64,000 nucleotides of DNA from Anaeramoeba ignava BMAN. Lineage: Eukaryota; Protista; Anaeramoebae. Position numbers and translations under genes: made by a program. The notes under the pieces were generated by a model. The model did not search any database. It was not told the DNA's origin and saw nothing but the letters and a program-made list of their open reading frames with translations. Below, piece after piece: positions 1-11,333 of the stretch. The stretch covers positions 1 through 64,000 of the forward strand of contig JAPDFW010000085.1 in assembly GCA_028826165.1 (NCBI GenBank), in the 5' to 3' direction. How positions within the stretch are numbered: the stretch's first letter is position 1; the number at the start of each line of letters is the position of its first letter.

Positions 1-1530
1 TAAATCATGATTAATTGAATAAATTTTGGGAAATAAATTAATAATTTCTTGTGTAATTTTTGATTCATTCAATTCAAAAATATTAGCATCATTCATCATT
101 AATAACTTGATTAATTTTGAATCATTTCTTTGAATTGCAATGTATAAAGGAGTTTGATTTTCTTTATTCTTAAAATTAACATCTGAACCTTTTTCAATCA
201 AAAATTTGATAATTTCAAAAACTTTTTCTCTTGATTGATATTGATATTGATATTGATATTGAAAAATATTTTCCAAAACTGTTTGATCAAAAACGTTTTT
301 GACGTTAATATCTGCTCCTTTTTCAAAAAGGAATTTAATTATTTCAAATACATTTTCTTTTTGATATTGTGAAATTAAATGTAGAAATGTGTCATAAGGA
401 TTAGTTTTAGCATTGACATCTATATTTTTCTCAATAAAAAATTTAATCATTTCAAATACATTTTCTTTTTGATATTGACAAATATAATGTAAAGCCAATT
501 CATTATGCTTATTTGTGGCATTGACATCTGCACCTTTTTCAACTAAATAACTGACAATTTCAAATACATTTTCTTTTTGAAATTTGCAAACTAAATGCAA
601 CGGTGTTTCCTGTCTTTTAGTTTTGGCATTAATATCTGCACCTTTTTCAACAAGAAATTTAATCATTTCAAATACATTTTCTTTTTGTAATTGACAAATA
701 TAATGTAAAGCCAATTCATTATGCTTATTTGTGGCATTGACATCTGCACCTTTTTCAACTAAATAACTGACAATTTCAAACGCAATTTCTTTTTGAAATT
801 GAAAAGAATAATGTAAAGGAGTTTGGCTATCAATATTTTTGATATTAACATCTGCCTCACTTTCAACAAGAAATTTAATCATTTCAAATACATTTTCTTT
901 TTGAAATTTGCAAACTAAATGTAAAGCTGTATCGCTTAAACTATTTATGGCATTGACATCTGCACCTTTTCCAACAAGAAATTTGACAATTTCAAATGCA
1001 TTTTCTTTTTGAAATTGACAAACAAAATGTAAAGCTGTTTGGATATCGATATTTTTGGCATTGATATCTACACCTTTTTGAATGAAAAAATGGAGCATTT
1101 GAATAATATTTTCATTTTGATATTTGCAAATTAAATGCAAGAATGTGTTATCAAAATTAGTTTTGACATTGGCATCTGCTCCATTCTCAACTAAAAACTT
1201 GGTAATCTCAAATGCATTTTTTTTTTGATATTGACAAACAAAATGTAAAGCTGTATCACCAAAAGTCGTTTTCAAATTGACATTAATACCTTTTCCAATT
1301 AAATATTTGATTGCTTCAAATACATTTGCTTTTTGAAATTGACAAACGTTATGCAAAAATGTTTCATTTAAATCGTTTTTAAAATTTATATCTTCTCCGT
1401 TTTCAAGAAGATATTTGATTGTTTCAAATTTGTTTTTAAATTTAGATTGATAAACATTCTCCAAAAGTGTTTGATTTAAATTATTTTTATTTTGATTTTC
1501 CGAAACGAATTTATTTTGGATTTTTTTCAT
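1..1530 (-). CDS. Ankyrin-repeat/BTB family protein, array copy 1 (3'-truncated by window edge)
   Basis: Manual translation from ATG at 1530 (MKKIQNKFVSENQ...) stays open to position 1. It gives xTxLHxxCQFQK..FEIxKxLxEKGADxNA repeats and ends ...PKIYSINHDL, the junction that precedes BTB1 in the paralogs. Confidence 0.9.
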   Translation of the reverse strand, partial: MKKIQNKFVSENQNKNNLNQTLLENVYQSKFKNKFETIKYLLENGEDINFKNDLNETFLHNVCQFQKANVFEAIKYLIGKGINVNLKTTFGDTALHFVCQYQKKNAFEITKFLVENGADANVKTNFDNTFLHLICKYQNENIIQMLHFFIQKGVDINAKNIDIQTALHFVCQFQKENAFEIVKFLVGKGADVNAINSLSDTALHLVCKFQKENVFEMIKFLVESEADVNIKNIDSQTPLHYSFQFQKEIAFEIVSYLVEKGADVNATNKHNELALHYICQLQKENVFEMIKFLVEKGADINAKTKRQETPLHLVCKFQKENVFEIVSYLVEKGADVNATNKHNELALHYICQYQKENVFEMIKFFIEKNIDVNAKTNPYDTFLHLISQYQKENVFEIIKFLFEKGADINVKNVFDQTVLENIFQYQYQYQYQSREKVFEIIKFLIEKGSDVNFKNKENQTPLYIAIQRNDSKLIKLLMMNDANIFELNESKITQEIINLFPKIYSINHDL

Positions 1531-1581
1531 TTAAGAGAAAGAAAAAATGAATTTTAAAAATGAAAAAACAAAATTTCATTT

Positions 1582-4254
1582 TTAAATCATTTGATTTAAA
1601 ATTAAATCAATAATTGAATTTGGATTTAATTGATAATAATCTTTAATATCTTCAAATTCTTCAATAATTTTCAAATTTATTTTGTTTTCTTCAATTTTAT
1701 CATGATAAAGGAAATAAATGAATTGATTTAAAGTTTCAAATGATTTTCCTGAATAATCATGAACTTGATTAGATTTATCTTCAACATTTAATTGAAACAT
1801 TCCTTTGAATAATTCACTTCTTAAAAATAATATTAATTTATGAACTTTAATTTCTTTTTCTTCTGAACAAATTATTGTAAAATCTTTTTTTGAATCATTT
1901 TCTTCATATAATTTTGATAAATCTTTTATTATTCCTTTTCTTTTAGATTTGGATTTAATCCAATTTGAATTTAATCCAATTTCTTTAAAAAATTCTTCAT
2001 TAATTTCCATTTCTTCTTCTTCTTCTTGAAAAATTTTTTTTTTCTTCAATTTTTCATTTAAATGATTCAAATTTGAATTGTATTTATTAAATTCATAATA
2101 ATTATCTAATTTATTATATTCATGAAATTGATTAATTTGATTCAATAAATTAATTTTGTTTAATGCATTTTCTCGATTAAATTCATCATCTTCAATTTCA
2201 TCATCATCATCATCATCATATTCACCATATTCAATTTCATCATCATCGTCGTCATCATCATATTCATTTTCAATTTGTTTAATTTGATTATAATAATTTT
2301 CTAAATTATTAAGTTTTTGAATTAAATTATCAAAATTAGGAAATCCAGTATAAATGAAATTAATTGCAATTTCAACAATTTCTTTTGGTTTTTTTTTGCA
2401 ATTATTGATAAATTTTTCTAAAATTGATTGATCATAATCAAATCTTAATAAAAGAATTTGTTTATGAACTTTGAATTTAAATGAATCATTTGATTCAATT
2501 TCGAAATCTGATAAATTATCATTTGATTTTAGTAAATTGTTTAAATCATGATTAATTGAATAAATTTTGGGAAATAAATTAATAATTTCTTGTGTAATTT
2601 CTGATTCATTCAATTCAAAAATATTAGCATCATTCATCATTAATAACTTGATTAATTTGGAATCATTTCTTTGAATTGCAATGTATAAAGGAGTTTGATT
2701 TTCTTTATTCTTAAAATTAACATCTGCACCTTTTTCAATCAAAAATTTGATAATTTCAAGTGAATCATTATCATTCCGAAATTTACAAGCTAAATGCAAA
2801 GGAATTTGATTATATTTATTTGCAGCATTGATATCTACTCCTTTTGAAAATAGTAATTGGGTGATTTTGTTTAAATTTTCATATTTTTGATATCGAAAAA
2901 CAACATGCAAAAGAGTTTGATCGAAATCATTTTTTGTATTGATATCTGCACCTTTTGAAATTAGATATTCCATGATTTCAATTACATTTTCATGATTTTG
3001 AAATTGACAAATATAATGTAAAGGTGTTTCGTTAAAATAAGTTTTTGCATTAACATCTGCACCTTTTTCAACTAAATATTTGATAATTACAAGTTGATTT
3101 TTGTAATTTTCGTGCTGATATTTGCAAATGTGATGCAAATATGTTTCTTTTTCGTCATTTTGGGTTTCTAAATTATCATTTTCTATTCCTTTTTCAATCA
3201 AATATTTTGCAATTTCAATGGAATTTTCAATTTGAAATTTGAAAATTAAATCAAAAGATGTTTCCTGTCTTATAGTTTTGGCATTGATATCTGCACCTTT
3301 TTCAACTAAATATTGGATAATTTCAAGTGAAGTTTGATGTTTTTGAAATTGAAAAACATAATGTAAAACTGTTTCGTTAAAATTAGTTTTGGCATTGACA
3401 TCTACACCTTTTGCAACTAATAATTTGATAATTTCAAATGATTCTTCATATTTTTGGAATTTACAAACTAAATGTAAAAGCGTTTGATTTCTATTATTTT
3501 TGAAATTAACATCTGCACCTTTTTCAATTAAGTACTTGATAATTTTAATTGAATTCGCATTTTGATTTTGATTTTGATTTTGATTTTGAATAAGATGAAA
3601 AAAGTTTTGAGTTGAATATTGTTTTTCGGGTTTATATTGACAAGCAAAATATAAAGGAGTTTGATTATATTCATTTCTGGCATTGATATCTACTCCTTTG
3701 TCAATTAACAATTTGATAATTTCAAATCGATTCTCTTTTTTAAATTGACAAGCATAATGTAACAATGTATTATTCTTTCTGTTCTTGACATTAACATCTG
3801 AACCTTTTTCAATTAAATATTTGATCGTCTCAATTGATTGTCTACTATATCTATAAAGAAAAATTGATTGTAAAGCTGTATTATTCCTTTTATTTTTGGC
3901 ATTGACATCTGCACCTCTCTCAACTAAATATTTGATAATTTGAAGTGAATTTGGATTTTCTGTTTCTGAGTAGAGTAGATTTCTGATTTCAAATTCACAA
4001 ATAGCATGTAAAGGTGTTTCATTAAATAAATTTTTGGCATTGATATCTGCACCTTTTTTAATTAATGCCTTAACAATTTTAAATGAATTTCGATGTGGAC
4101 TTTGACATACAAGATGTAAAGCTGTTTCATTAAATAAATTTTTGGCATTGATATCTGTATCTTTTGCAATTAGTATTTTTATATCTTTTATTTCTTTGGA
4201 TCGAAAAGAATCCGTTGAAATAAATGAAATGAAGTGTTCATTCAATAAACTCAT
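1582..4254 (-). CDS. Ankyrin repeats + 2 BTB/POZ domains, array copy 2 (890 aa)
   Basis: Intact ORF with ANK repeats, BTB1 (SDFEIES..FKVHKQILLLR..FIYTG) and BTB2 (DFTIIC..IKVHKLILFLRSELFKGMF), separated by a long D/E-rich linker. Confidence 0.92.
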   Translation of the reverse strand: MSLLNEHFISFISTDSFRSKEIKDIKILIAKDTDINAKNLFNETALHLVCQSPHRNSFKIVKALIKKGADINAKNLFNETPLHAICEFEIRNLLYSETENPNSLQIIKYLVERGADVNAKNKRNNTALQSIFLYRYSRQSIETIKYLIEKGSDVNVKNRKNNTLLHYACQFKKENRFEIIKLLIDKGVDINARNEYNQTPLYFACQYKPEKQYSTQNFFHLIQNQNQNQNQNANSIKIIKYLIEKGADVNFKNNRNQTLLHLVCKFQKYEESFEIIKLLVAKGVDVNAKTNFNETVLHYVFQFQKHQTSLEIIQYLVEKGADINAKTIRQETSFDLIFKFQIENSIEIAKYLIEKGIENDNLETQNDEKETYLHHICKYQHENYKNQLVIIKYLVEKGADVNAKTYFNETPLHYICQFQNHENVIEIMEYLISKGADINTKNDFDQTLLHVVFRYQKYENLNKITQLLFSKGVDINAANKYNQIPLHLACKFRNDNDSLEIIKFLIEKGADVNFKNKENQTPLYIAIQRNDSKLIKLLMMNDANIFELNESEITQEIINLFPKIYSINHDLNNLLKSNDNLSDFEIESNDSFKFKVHKQILLLRFDYDQSILEKFINNCKKKPKEIVEIAINFIYTGFPNFDNLIQKLNNLENYYNQIKQIENEYDDDDDDDEIEYGEYDDDDDDEIEDDEFNRENALNKINLLNQINQFHEYNKLDNYYEFNKYNSNLNHLNEKLKKKKIFQEEEEEMEINEEFFKEIGLNSNWIKSKSKRKGIIKDLSKLYEENDSKKDFTIICSEEKEIKVHKLILFLRSELFKGMFQLNVEDKSNQVHDYSGKSFETLNQFIYFLYHDKIEENKINLKIIEEFEDIKDYYQLNPNSIIDLILNQMI

Positions 4255-4307
4255 TTATTGAATCTTTTTAAAAAAAAATGAATTTTAAAAATGAAAAAAA
4301 AAATTTT

Positions 4308-6870
4308 TTAAATTAAATCATTCAAAATTAAATCAATAATTGAATTTAGATTTAATTGGAAATAATCTTTAATATCTTTAAATTCTTCAATAATGCTGGA
4401 ATTAAATTTGTTTTCTTCAATTTCATCATGATAAAGAAAATAAATAAATTGATTTAAAGTTTCAAATGATTTTTCTGAATAATCATGAACTTGATTTGAT
4501 TTATCTTCAATATTTAATTGAAACATTCCTTTGAAATAATTCACTTCTTATAAATAATATTAATTTATGAACTTTAATTTCTTTTTCATCTTCACAAATT
4601 ATTGTAAAATCTTTTTTTGAATCATCTTCTTTATATAATTTTGATAAATCTTTTATTATTCCATTTCTTTTGGATTTTGATTTAATCCAATTTGAATCAA
4701 ATCCAATTTCTTTAAAAAATTCTTCATTAATTTTCATTTCTTCTTTTTCAATTCCTTTTTCTTCTTTTTCTTCTTCGCTTCTCAAATTGTATATTTGTTC
4801 AATTTTTTCGAATTGATCTTTCTCATCAGCGGTTTTTCTCCATTCCAAATATTCATTTTTGATTTGTTTAATTTGATTATTGAAATTGATTAAATTGTTA
4901 ATTCTTTGAATAAAATGGTCTAAATTAGGAAATCCAGTATAAATGAAATTAATTGCAATTTCAACAATTTCTTTTGGTTTTTTTTTGCAATTATCAATAA
5001 ATCCTTCTAAATTTAATTGATCATAATCAAATCTTAATAAAAGAATTTGTTTATGAACTTTGAATTTAAATGAATCATTTGTTTTAATTTCAAAATCTGA
5101 TAAATTATCATTTGAATTTAATAAAATATTTAAATCTTGATTAAATGAATAAATTTTGGGAAGAAATTGAATGATTTCTTGAGTTTCTGATTCATTCAAT
5201 TCAAAAATATCAGCATCATTCATCATTAATAACTTGACTAATTTGGAATCATTTCTTTGGATTGCAATTTGTAAAGGTGTTTTGTGACTTTTATTTTTTG
5301 TATCGATATCAGCTCCTTTTTCAATCAAACACTTAATGATATCAAGTGAATCTTCATGTTTCCGAAATTGACAAACTAAATGAAAAGGAGTTTGATCGTG
5401 GTTATTTTTGGCATTGACATCTGCACCGTTTTCAATTAAATATTTGATAGTACTAATTGTAAATTTCTTTTTATCTTGGCAAACTAAGTGTAAAGGTGTT
5501 TTATTTGCATAATCTCTGGCATTGACATCTGCTCCTTTTTCAAGCAAATGTTGAATTATTTTGCTTATATTTTCGTGACTATTTCGACAAATTAAATGCA
5601 AAGATGTTTGGTCGTTTTTATTTCTGTTGTTGACATCTGAACCTTTTTCAACTAAATATTTGATGATCTCAATTGGATTTTTATTTGGTTTATATTTCCA
5701 ACAAACTAAATTCAAAGGTGTTTCATTATTATTAGTTTTGGCATTGATGTCTGCTCCCTTTTCAACTAAAATCTGGGTAATTTCAAATGAATTCTCTTGT
5801 TTTTGAAATTGACAAACGAAGTGTAATGGTGTTTGTTTCCTCTTATTTTGGACATTGACATCTGAACCTTTTTCAATTAAATATTTGATCACCTCATTTG
5901 AATATTGATATAAACAAGCAAAATGCAAAGGTGTTTGACTTCTATCGTTTTTGGCATTGATATCTGCTCCTTTTTCAACTAAATATTTGATAATTTCAAA
6001 TGAAGTATCTTGTTGAAATTGACAAGCATAATGTAAAGTTGTTTCGTTTTTATTATTTTTGGCATTAATATCTGAACCTTTTTCAACTAAATATTTGATG
6101 ATATGAAAGGAATCTTCATTTCTTTGAAATTGACAAGCATAATGTAATGTTGTTTCGTTTTTATTATTTTTGGCATTGATATCTGCTCCTTTTTCAACAA
6201 AATATTTGATAATTTCAAATGAATTATCTTTTTGAAATTGACAAGCATAATGTAATGTTGTTTCGTTTTTATTATTTTTGGCATTAATATCTGCACCTTT
6301 TTCAACTAAATATTTGATAATTTCAAATGAATTATCTTGTTGAAATTGACAAGCATAATGTAAAGTTGTTTCGTTTTTATTATTTTTGGCATTAATATCT
6401 GCACCTTTTTCAACAAAATATTTGATAATTTCAAATGAATTATCTTTTTGAAATTGACAAGCATAATGTAATGTTGTTTCGTTTTCTTTAGTTTGGGCAT
6501 TAACATCTGAACCTTTTTCAATTAAATATTTGATAATTTCAAATGAATTATCTTGTTGAAATTGACAAGCATAATGTAAAGTTGTTTCGTTTTTATTATT
6601 TTTGGCATTAATATCTGCACCTTTTTCAACAAAATATTTGATAATTTCAAATGAATTATCTTGTTGAAATTGACAGGCATAATGTAAAGGTGTTTCGTTT
6701 TCTTTAGTTTGGGCATTAATATCTTCTCCTTTTTCAATTAATAATTTTATTTCTTCAAATGTGTAATCATCTTCAAAAGCATAATGTAAAAGAGTTTTTT
6801 TTCTTATTGGAATTGTCCTCAATTTATTTTGCGAATTTGAATTAGGATTTTTTTGATTTTGCTTATTCAT
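4308..6870 (-). CDS. Ankyrin + 2 BTB protein, array copy 3 (+1 frameshift at ~4533, probable consensus error)
   Basis: ORFs 4507-6870 and 4308-4544 join at ELF(K/Q)GMF when one base is removed. Confidence 0.85.
5950..6740 (-). repeat. Near-identical 108-nt ankyrin-unit tandem duplications (216-nt dimer period)
   Basis: Repeated NETTLHYACQFQ(Q/K)DNSFEIIKY(F/L)xEKG. Shadow ORFs 6087-6305, 6306-6521 and 6522-6737 recur at ~216 nt. Confidence 0.85.
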
Positions 6871-6940
6871 TTATTTTTTTATTGAATTTTTTTAAAAAAA
6901 AAATGAATTTTAAAAAAAATGAAAAAAAAATTTTTTTGAA

Positions 6941-9900
6941 TTAATAATTTTGAAGGAAATCATTTAAAAATAAATCAATTATTGAATTTGGATTTAATTG
7001 ATAATAATTTTTTAAATCTTTAAATTCTTCAATCATTTTCCGAAAAATTTTGTTTTCATCAAGTTTATCATTATAAAGAAAATAAATAAATTGATTTAAT
7101 GTTTGAGAAGATTTTTGTGTTTTATCATGAACTTGATTAGATTTATCTTGAATATTTAATTGAAACATTCTTTTGAATAATTCACTTCTTATTATCAATA
7201 TTAATTTATGAACTTTGATTTTCTTTTCAATTTTCTTTTCAATTTCAATTTCAATTTCTTCTTCATTTTTCTTTTCAATTTCAATTTCTTCTTCATAAAT
7301 TATTGTAAAATCTTTTTTTGAATCATCTTCTTTATATAATTTTTTGAAATCTTTTATTATTCCATTTCTTTTGGATTTGGATTTAATCCAATTTGAATCA
7401 AATCCAATTTCTTTAAAAAATTCTTCATTAATTTCCATTTCTTCTTCTTCAATTCTTTTTTCTTCTTCTTTTTCTTCATTTCTTAATTTATAATTAATTT
7501 TGATTTTTTGAGTCAACTCATTCCATGAAATTTTTTTTGTTTTATAATATTCATTTTCAATTTGTTTAATTTGATTATTATAATTGATTAAATTGTTAAT
7601 TCTTTGAATAAAATTATCAAAATTAGGAAATCCAGTATAAATGAAATTAATTACAATTTCAACAATTTCTTTTGGATTTTTTTTGCAATTGTCAATAAAT
7701 TTTTCTAGAATTGATTGATTATAATCAAATCTTAATAAAAGAATTTGTTTATGAACTTTGAATTTAAATGAATCTTTTGTTTCAATTTCAAAATCTGTTA
7801 AATTATCATTTGATTTTAATAAATTATTTAGATCTTGATTAATTGAATAAATTTTGGGAAATAAATCAATCATTTCTTGAGCAATTTCGTAATCTGTTAA
7901 TTGGAAAATATCAACATCGTTTAATAACAAAATCTTAATAAAATTGGAATCTTTTCTTAGGATTGCGTAATGTAATAAAGTTTGATTATAACTATTTTTG
8001 GCATTGACATCTGAACCTTTCTTAATCAAATATTTTATGATTTGAAATGATGGTTGCTTTTGATGTTGATAGGCATAGTGTAAAGGTATTTCGTTGTATT
8101 TGTTTTTGGCATTGACATCTGCTCCTTTTTTAATAAGAAATCTGATCACAAATATTGAGTACTTATGGTTTTGATTTTGACAAGCAAAGTGTAAAGGTGT
8201 TTTATTTGAATCGTCTTTGGCATTGATATCTGCTCCGCTTTCAATAAGAATGTCGATCACTTTACAAGAGTTTTTGTCTTGGTGAAAAAGACAAAGAAAA
8301 TGCAACAAGTTTTGATTGAATTTATTTTGGACATTGATGTCTGCACCGTTTTCTATTAAATATCTGACAATTTCAAGTGAGATTTGATTGTGTTGATGTC
8401 GACAAGCTAAATACAAAGGTGTTTGATTATCACTATTTTTGACATTAACATCTGTTCCCTTTTCTATTAAATATTTGACAATTTCAAGTGATGCTTTGTG
8501 TTGAAATTGACAAGCATAATGTAACGGTGTTTGTCTCATTATATTTTGGACGTTGACATTTAATCCATTTTGAGAGAGTTTTTTGATAATTTCAAACGAA
8601 GCTTGATTTTTTTGAAATTGACAAGTATAATGTAACGGTGTTTGGGAGATGTTGTTTTTGAAATTAACATCTGCTCCATTTTCAACAAGTATTTTGGTCA
8701 TTTCAAATGCGATTTGTGGATTTTTTTGAAATTGACAAACTAAATGTAATGGAGTTTCGTTAATGCCACTGTTGACATTGACAAATGCTCCTTTATTGAT
8801 GAGAAACTTGAGAATTTTGATTGCATTTTCATTTCTTTGAAATTGGCAAACATAGTGTAAAGAGGTTTCGTTTTCAATATTTTTGGCATTGACATCTGCA
8901 CCTTTAAAAATCAAATATTTTATAATTTCAAATGTGTTTTCATGCTTTTGATATTTGCAAACTAAATGCAATAATGTTTCATGTTTGTAATTTTTGGCAT
9001 TAACACGTGAACCTTTTTCAATTAAATATCTGACAACTTCATATGTGTTAAATTTGTTTTGAAATTGACAAAGTAAATGCAACGGAATTTCATTTTTGTT
9101 ATTTTTGATATTGACATCTGCTTCATTTTCAACTAGTAATTTGATAATAGGAAATGTATTCAGATTTTTATATTTACAAGCAAAATGTAAAGGTGTTTCA
9201 TCGTATTTATTTTTGGCATTGACACTCGCACATTTTTGAATTAAATACTTAATAATTTCAAATTTGTTTAAATATAGCATTTGGTTTTGTATTTGACTCT
9301 GAATTTGATTTTGAATTTGCATTTGAATTTGATTTTGAATTTGAATTTGATTTTGCAAATGATTTTGAAAATGAATTTGATTTGGGAAATGTATTTGAAT
9401 AGGATTTTGATTTGAAAATTGGATTTTGATTTGATTTTGATTTTGATTTTGAAAAGGAATTTTTTCTTTTATCAATAAAATTTGATTTTGATTTAAATTT
9501 TTAATTTGAATTTGATTTTTAATTTGATTTTGATTTTGATTTTGATTTTGGTTTTGATTTAAATTTTGATTTTGATTTTGATTTTGATTTTGATTTTGAT
9601 TTTGATTTTGATTTTGATTTTGATTTTGATTTTGATTTTGATTTTGATTTTGATTTTGATTTTGATTTATGATTTTGATTTTGATTTATATTTTGATTTT
9701 GATTTATATTTTGATTTTGATTTTGATTTTGATTTTGATTTATATTTAAATTTTGATTTTGATTTTGATTTTGATTTAAATTTTGATTTTGATTTAAATT
9801 TTGATTTTGATTTGATTTTGATTTTGATTTTGATTTTGATTTTGATTTTGATTTTGATTTATATTTTGATTTTGATTTTGATTTTGATTTATATTTTGAT

Positions 9901-11254
9901 TTTGATTTATATTTTGATTTTGATTTATATTTTGATTTTGATTTAAATTTTGATTTTGATTTTGATTTTGATTTTGATTTTGATTTTGATTTTGATTTTG
10001 ATTTTGATTTTGATTTTGATTTTGATTTTGATTTTGATTTTGATTTTGATTTTGATTTTGATTTATATTTTGATTTTGATTTATATTTTGATTTTGATTT
10101 TGATTTTGATTTATATTTTGATTTTGATTTTGATTTTGATTTTGATTTTGATTTTGATTTTGATTTTGATTTTGATTTTGATTTTGATTTATATTTTGAT
10201 TTAAATTTTGATTTTGATTTTGATTTTGATTTTGATTTTGATTTTGATTTAAATTTTGATTTTGATTTTGATTTTGATTTTGATTTTGATTTAAATTTTG
10301 ATTTTGATTTAAATTTTGATTTTGATTTATATTTTGATTTTGATTTATATTTTGATTTAGATTTAGATTTTGATTTAAATTTTCTTGTTGATTTTGATTT
10401 TGATTTCTCTTTTTCATTTTACTTCTAATAAGTAAATGTAAAGGTGTTTGATTGTCTTTTGTTTTGGCATTGATATCTGAACCATTTTCAACAAGAACTT
10501 TTATAGCTGTGAAAGCATTTATATTTCGACATTCACAAGCATAATGTAAAGGAATTTTATTTTCATTATTTTTGGCATTGAGATATGCACCTTTTGAAAG
10601 TAAAAAATTTAAAACTTCCTCAACTGAATCTAAATTTTCCTTTTGATATTGACAAACATAATGTAATGGTGTTTTGTTCAATTTAGTTTTTGCATTTGCA
10701 GTTGCATTTGAACCATATTGAATTAACAACTTAACAATCCCCAAAAAATTAGTTTTGTTTTGAAATTGACAAGCGAAATGCAAAGGAATTTCACGTAAAT
10801 ATGTTTTGGCATTAACATCTGCTCCTTTTTCAATGAGAAGTTTTATGACGTTGAAAGAATTTTTGTACTGAAATTGACAAGCATAATGTAAAGGAGTTTT
10901 ATGAAGATCATCAACTGCATTAATCCCAGCACCACTTTCAATAAGTAGCTTAATGACATTGACTGAGTTTTCTTTTTGAAATTGACAAGCATAATGTAAA
11001 GGTGTTTCATTATGACTACTTTTGGCACTGATATCTGCTCCTTTTTCAATAAGCAAATTGATTACTTCTAAAGAATGACAATTTCTACATGCAACGTGTA
11101 ATGGAGTTATGTTCCTATTTGTTTGTTTTGATATTTGCTTTCTTGTTCGAAATACAATTTTTTCTTTTGGAAGTATTTGTTGATGTTGATGTTGATGTGT
11201 CACTGAAAATAATTGTGATTTATTTTCATTTGTTTTATTTTTGCGGGAATTCAT
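6941..11254 (-). CDS. Ankyrin + 2 BTB protein with long internal poly-(Asn-Gln) tract, array copy 4 (~1437 aa)
   Basis: ORFs 9794-11254 and 6941-9475 are in the same frame. Only a compensating indel pair inside the (GATTTT)n tract (-1 at ~9811, +1 at ~9669) separates them. Confidence 0.8.
9480..10405. repeat. (GATTTT)n hexamer microsatellite encoding (NQ)n on the minus strand
   Basis: Direct reading, with interspersed GATTTATATTTT (NI) and GATTTAAATTTT (NL) variants. Confidence 0.95.
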
Positions 11255-11333
11255 TTTTCTTTTATTTTTTTTTTTTTAAATTGAAAGTGAAAAAAATGGA
11301 AAAATGAAAAAAATTTTTTCAAATTTTTAATCT

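Noticed and set aside
5950-6740. Regular repeats resembling a CRISPR array
   Set aside because: They are in-frame ankyrin coding repeats with no unique spacers and no cas genes; the DNA is eukaryotic.
9566-10204. Plus-strand poly-IL/DF ORFs (similar cases at 43590-44028, 49683-50129, 50531-50740, 52018-52615)
   Set aside because: These are translations of microsatellites lying antisense to real coding sequence or inside introns.
9270-10425. Intein or intron explanation for the insertion in copy 4
   Set aside because: There are no Cys/Ser...His-Asn splice motifs or endonuclease, and I found no frame-compatible AG for the GT at 10422.
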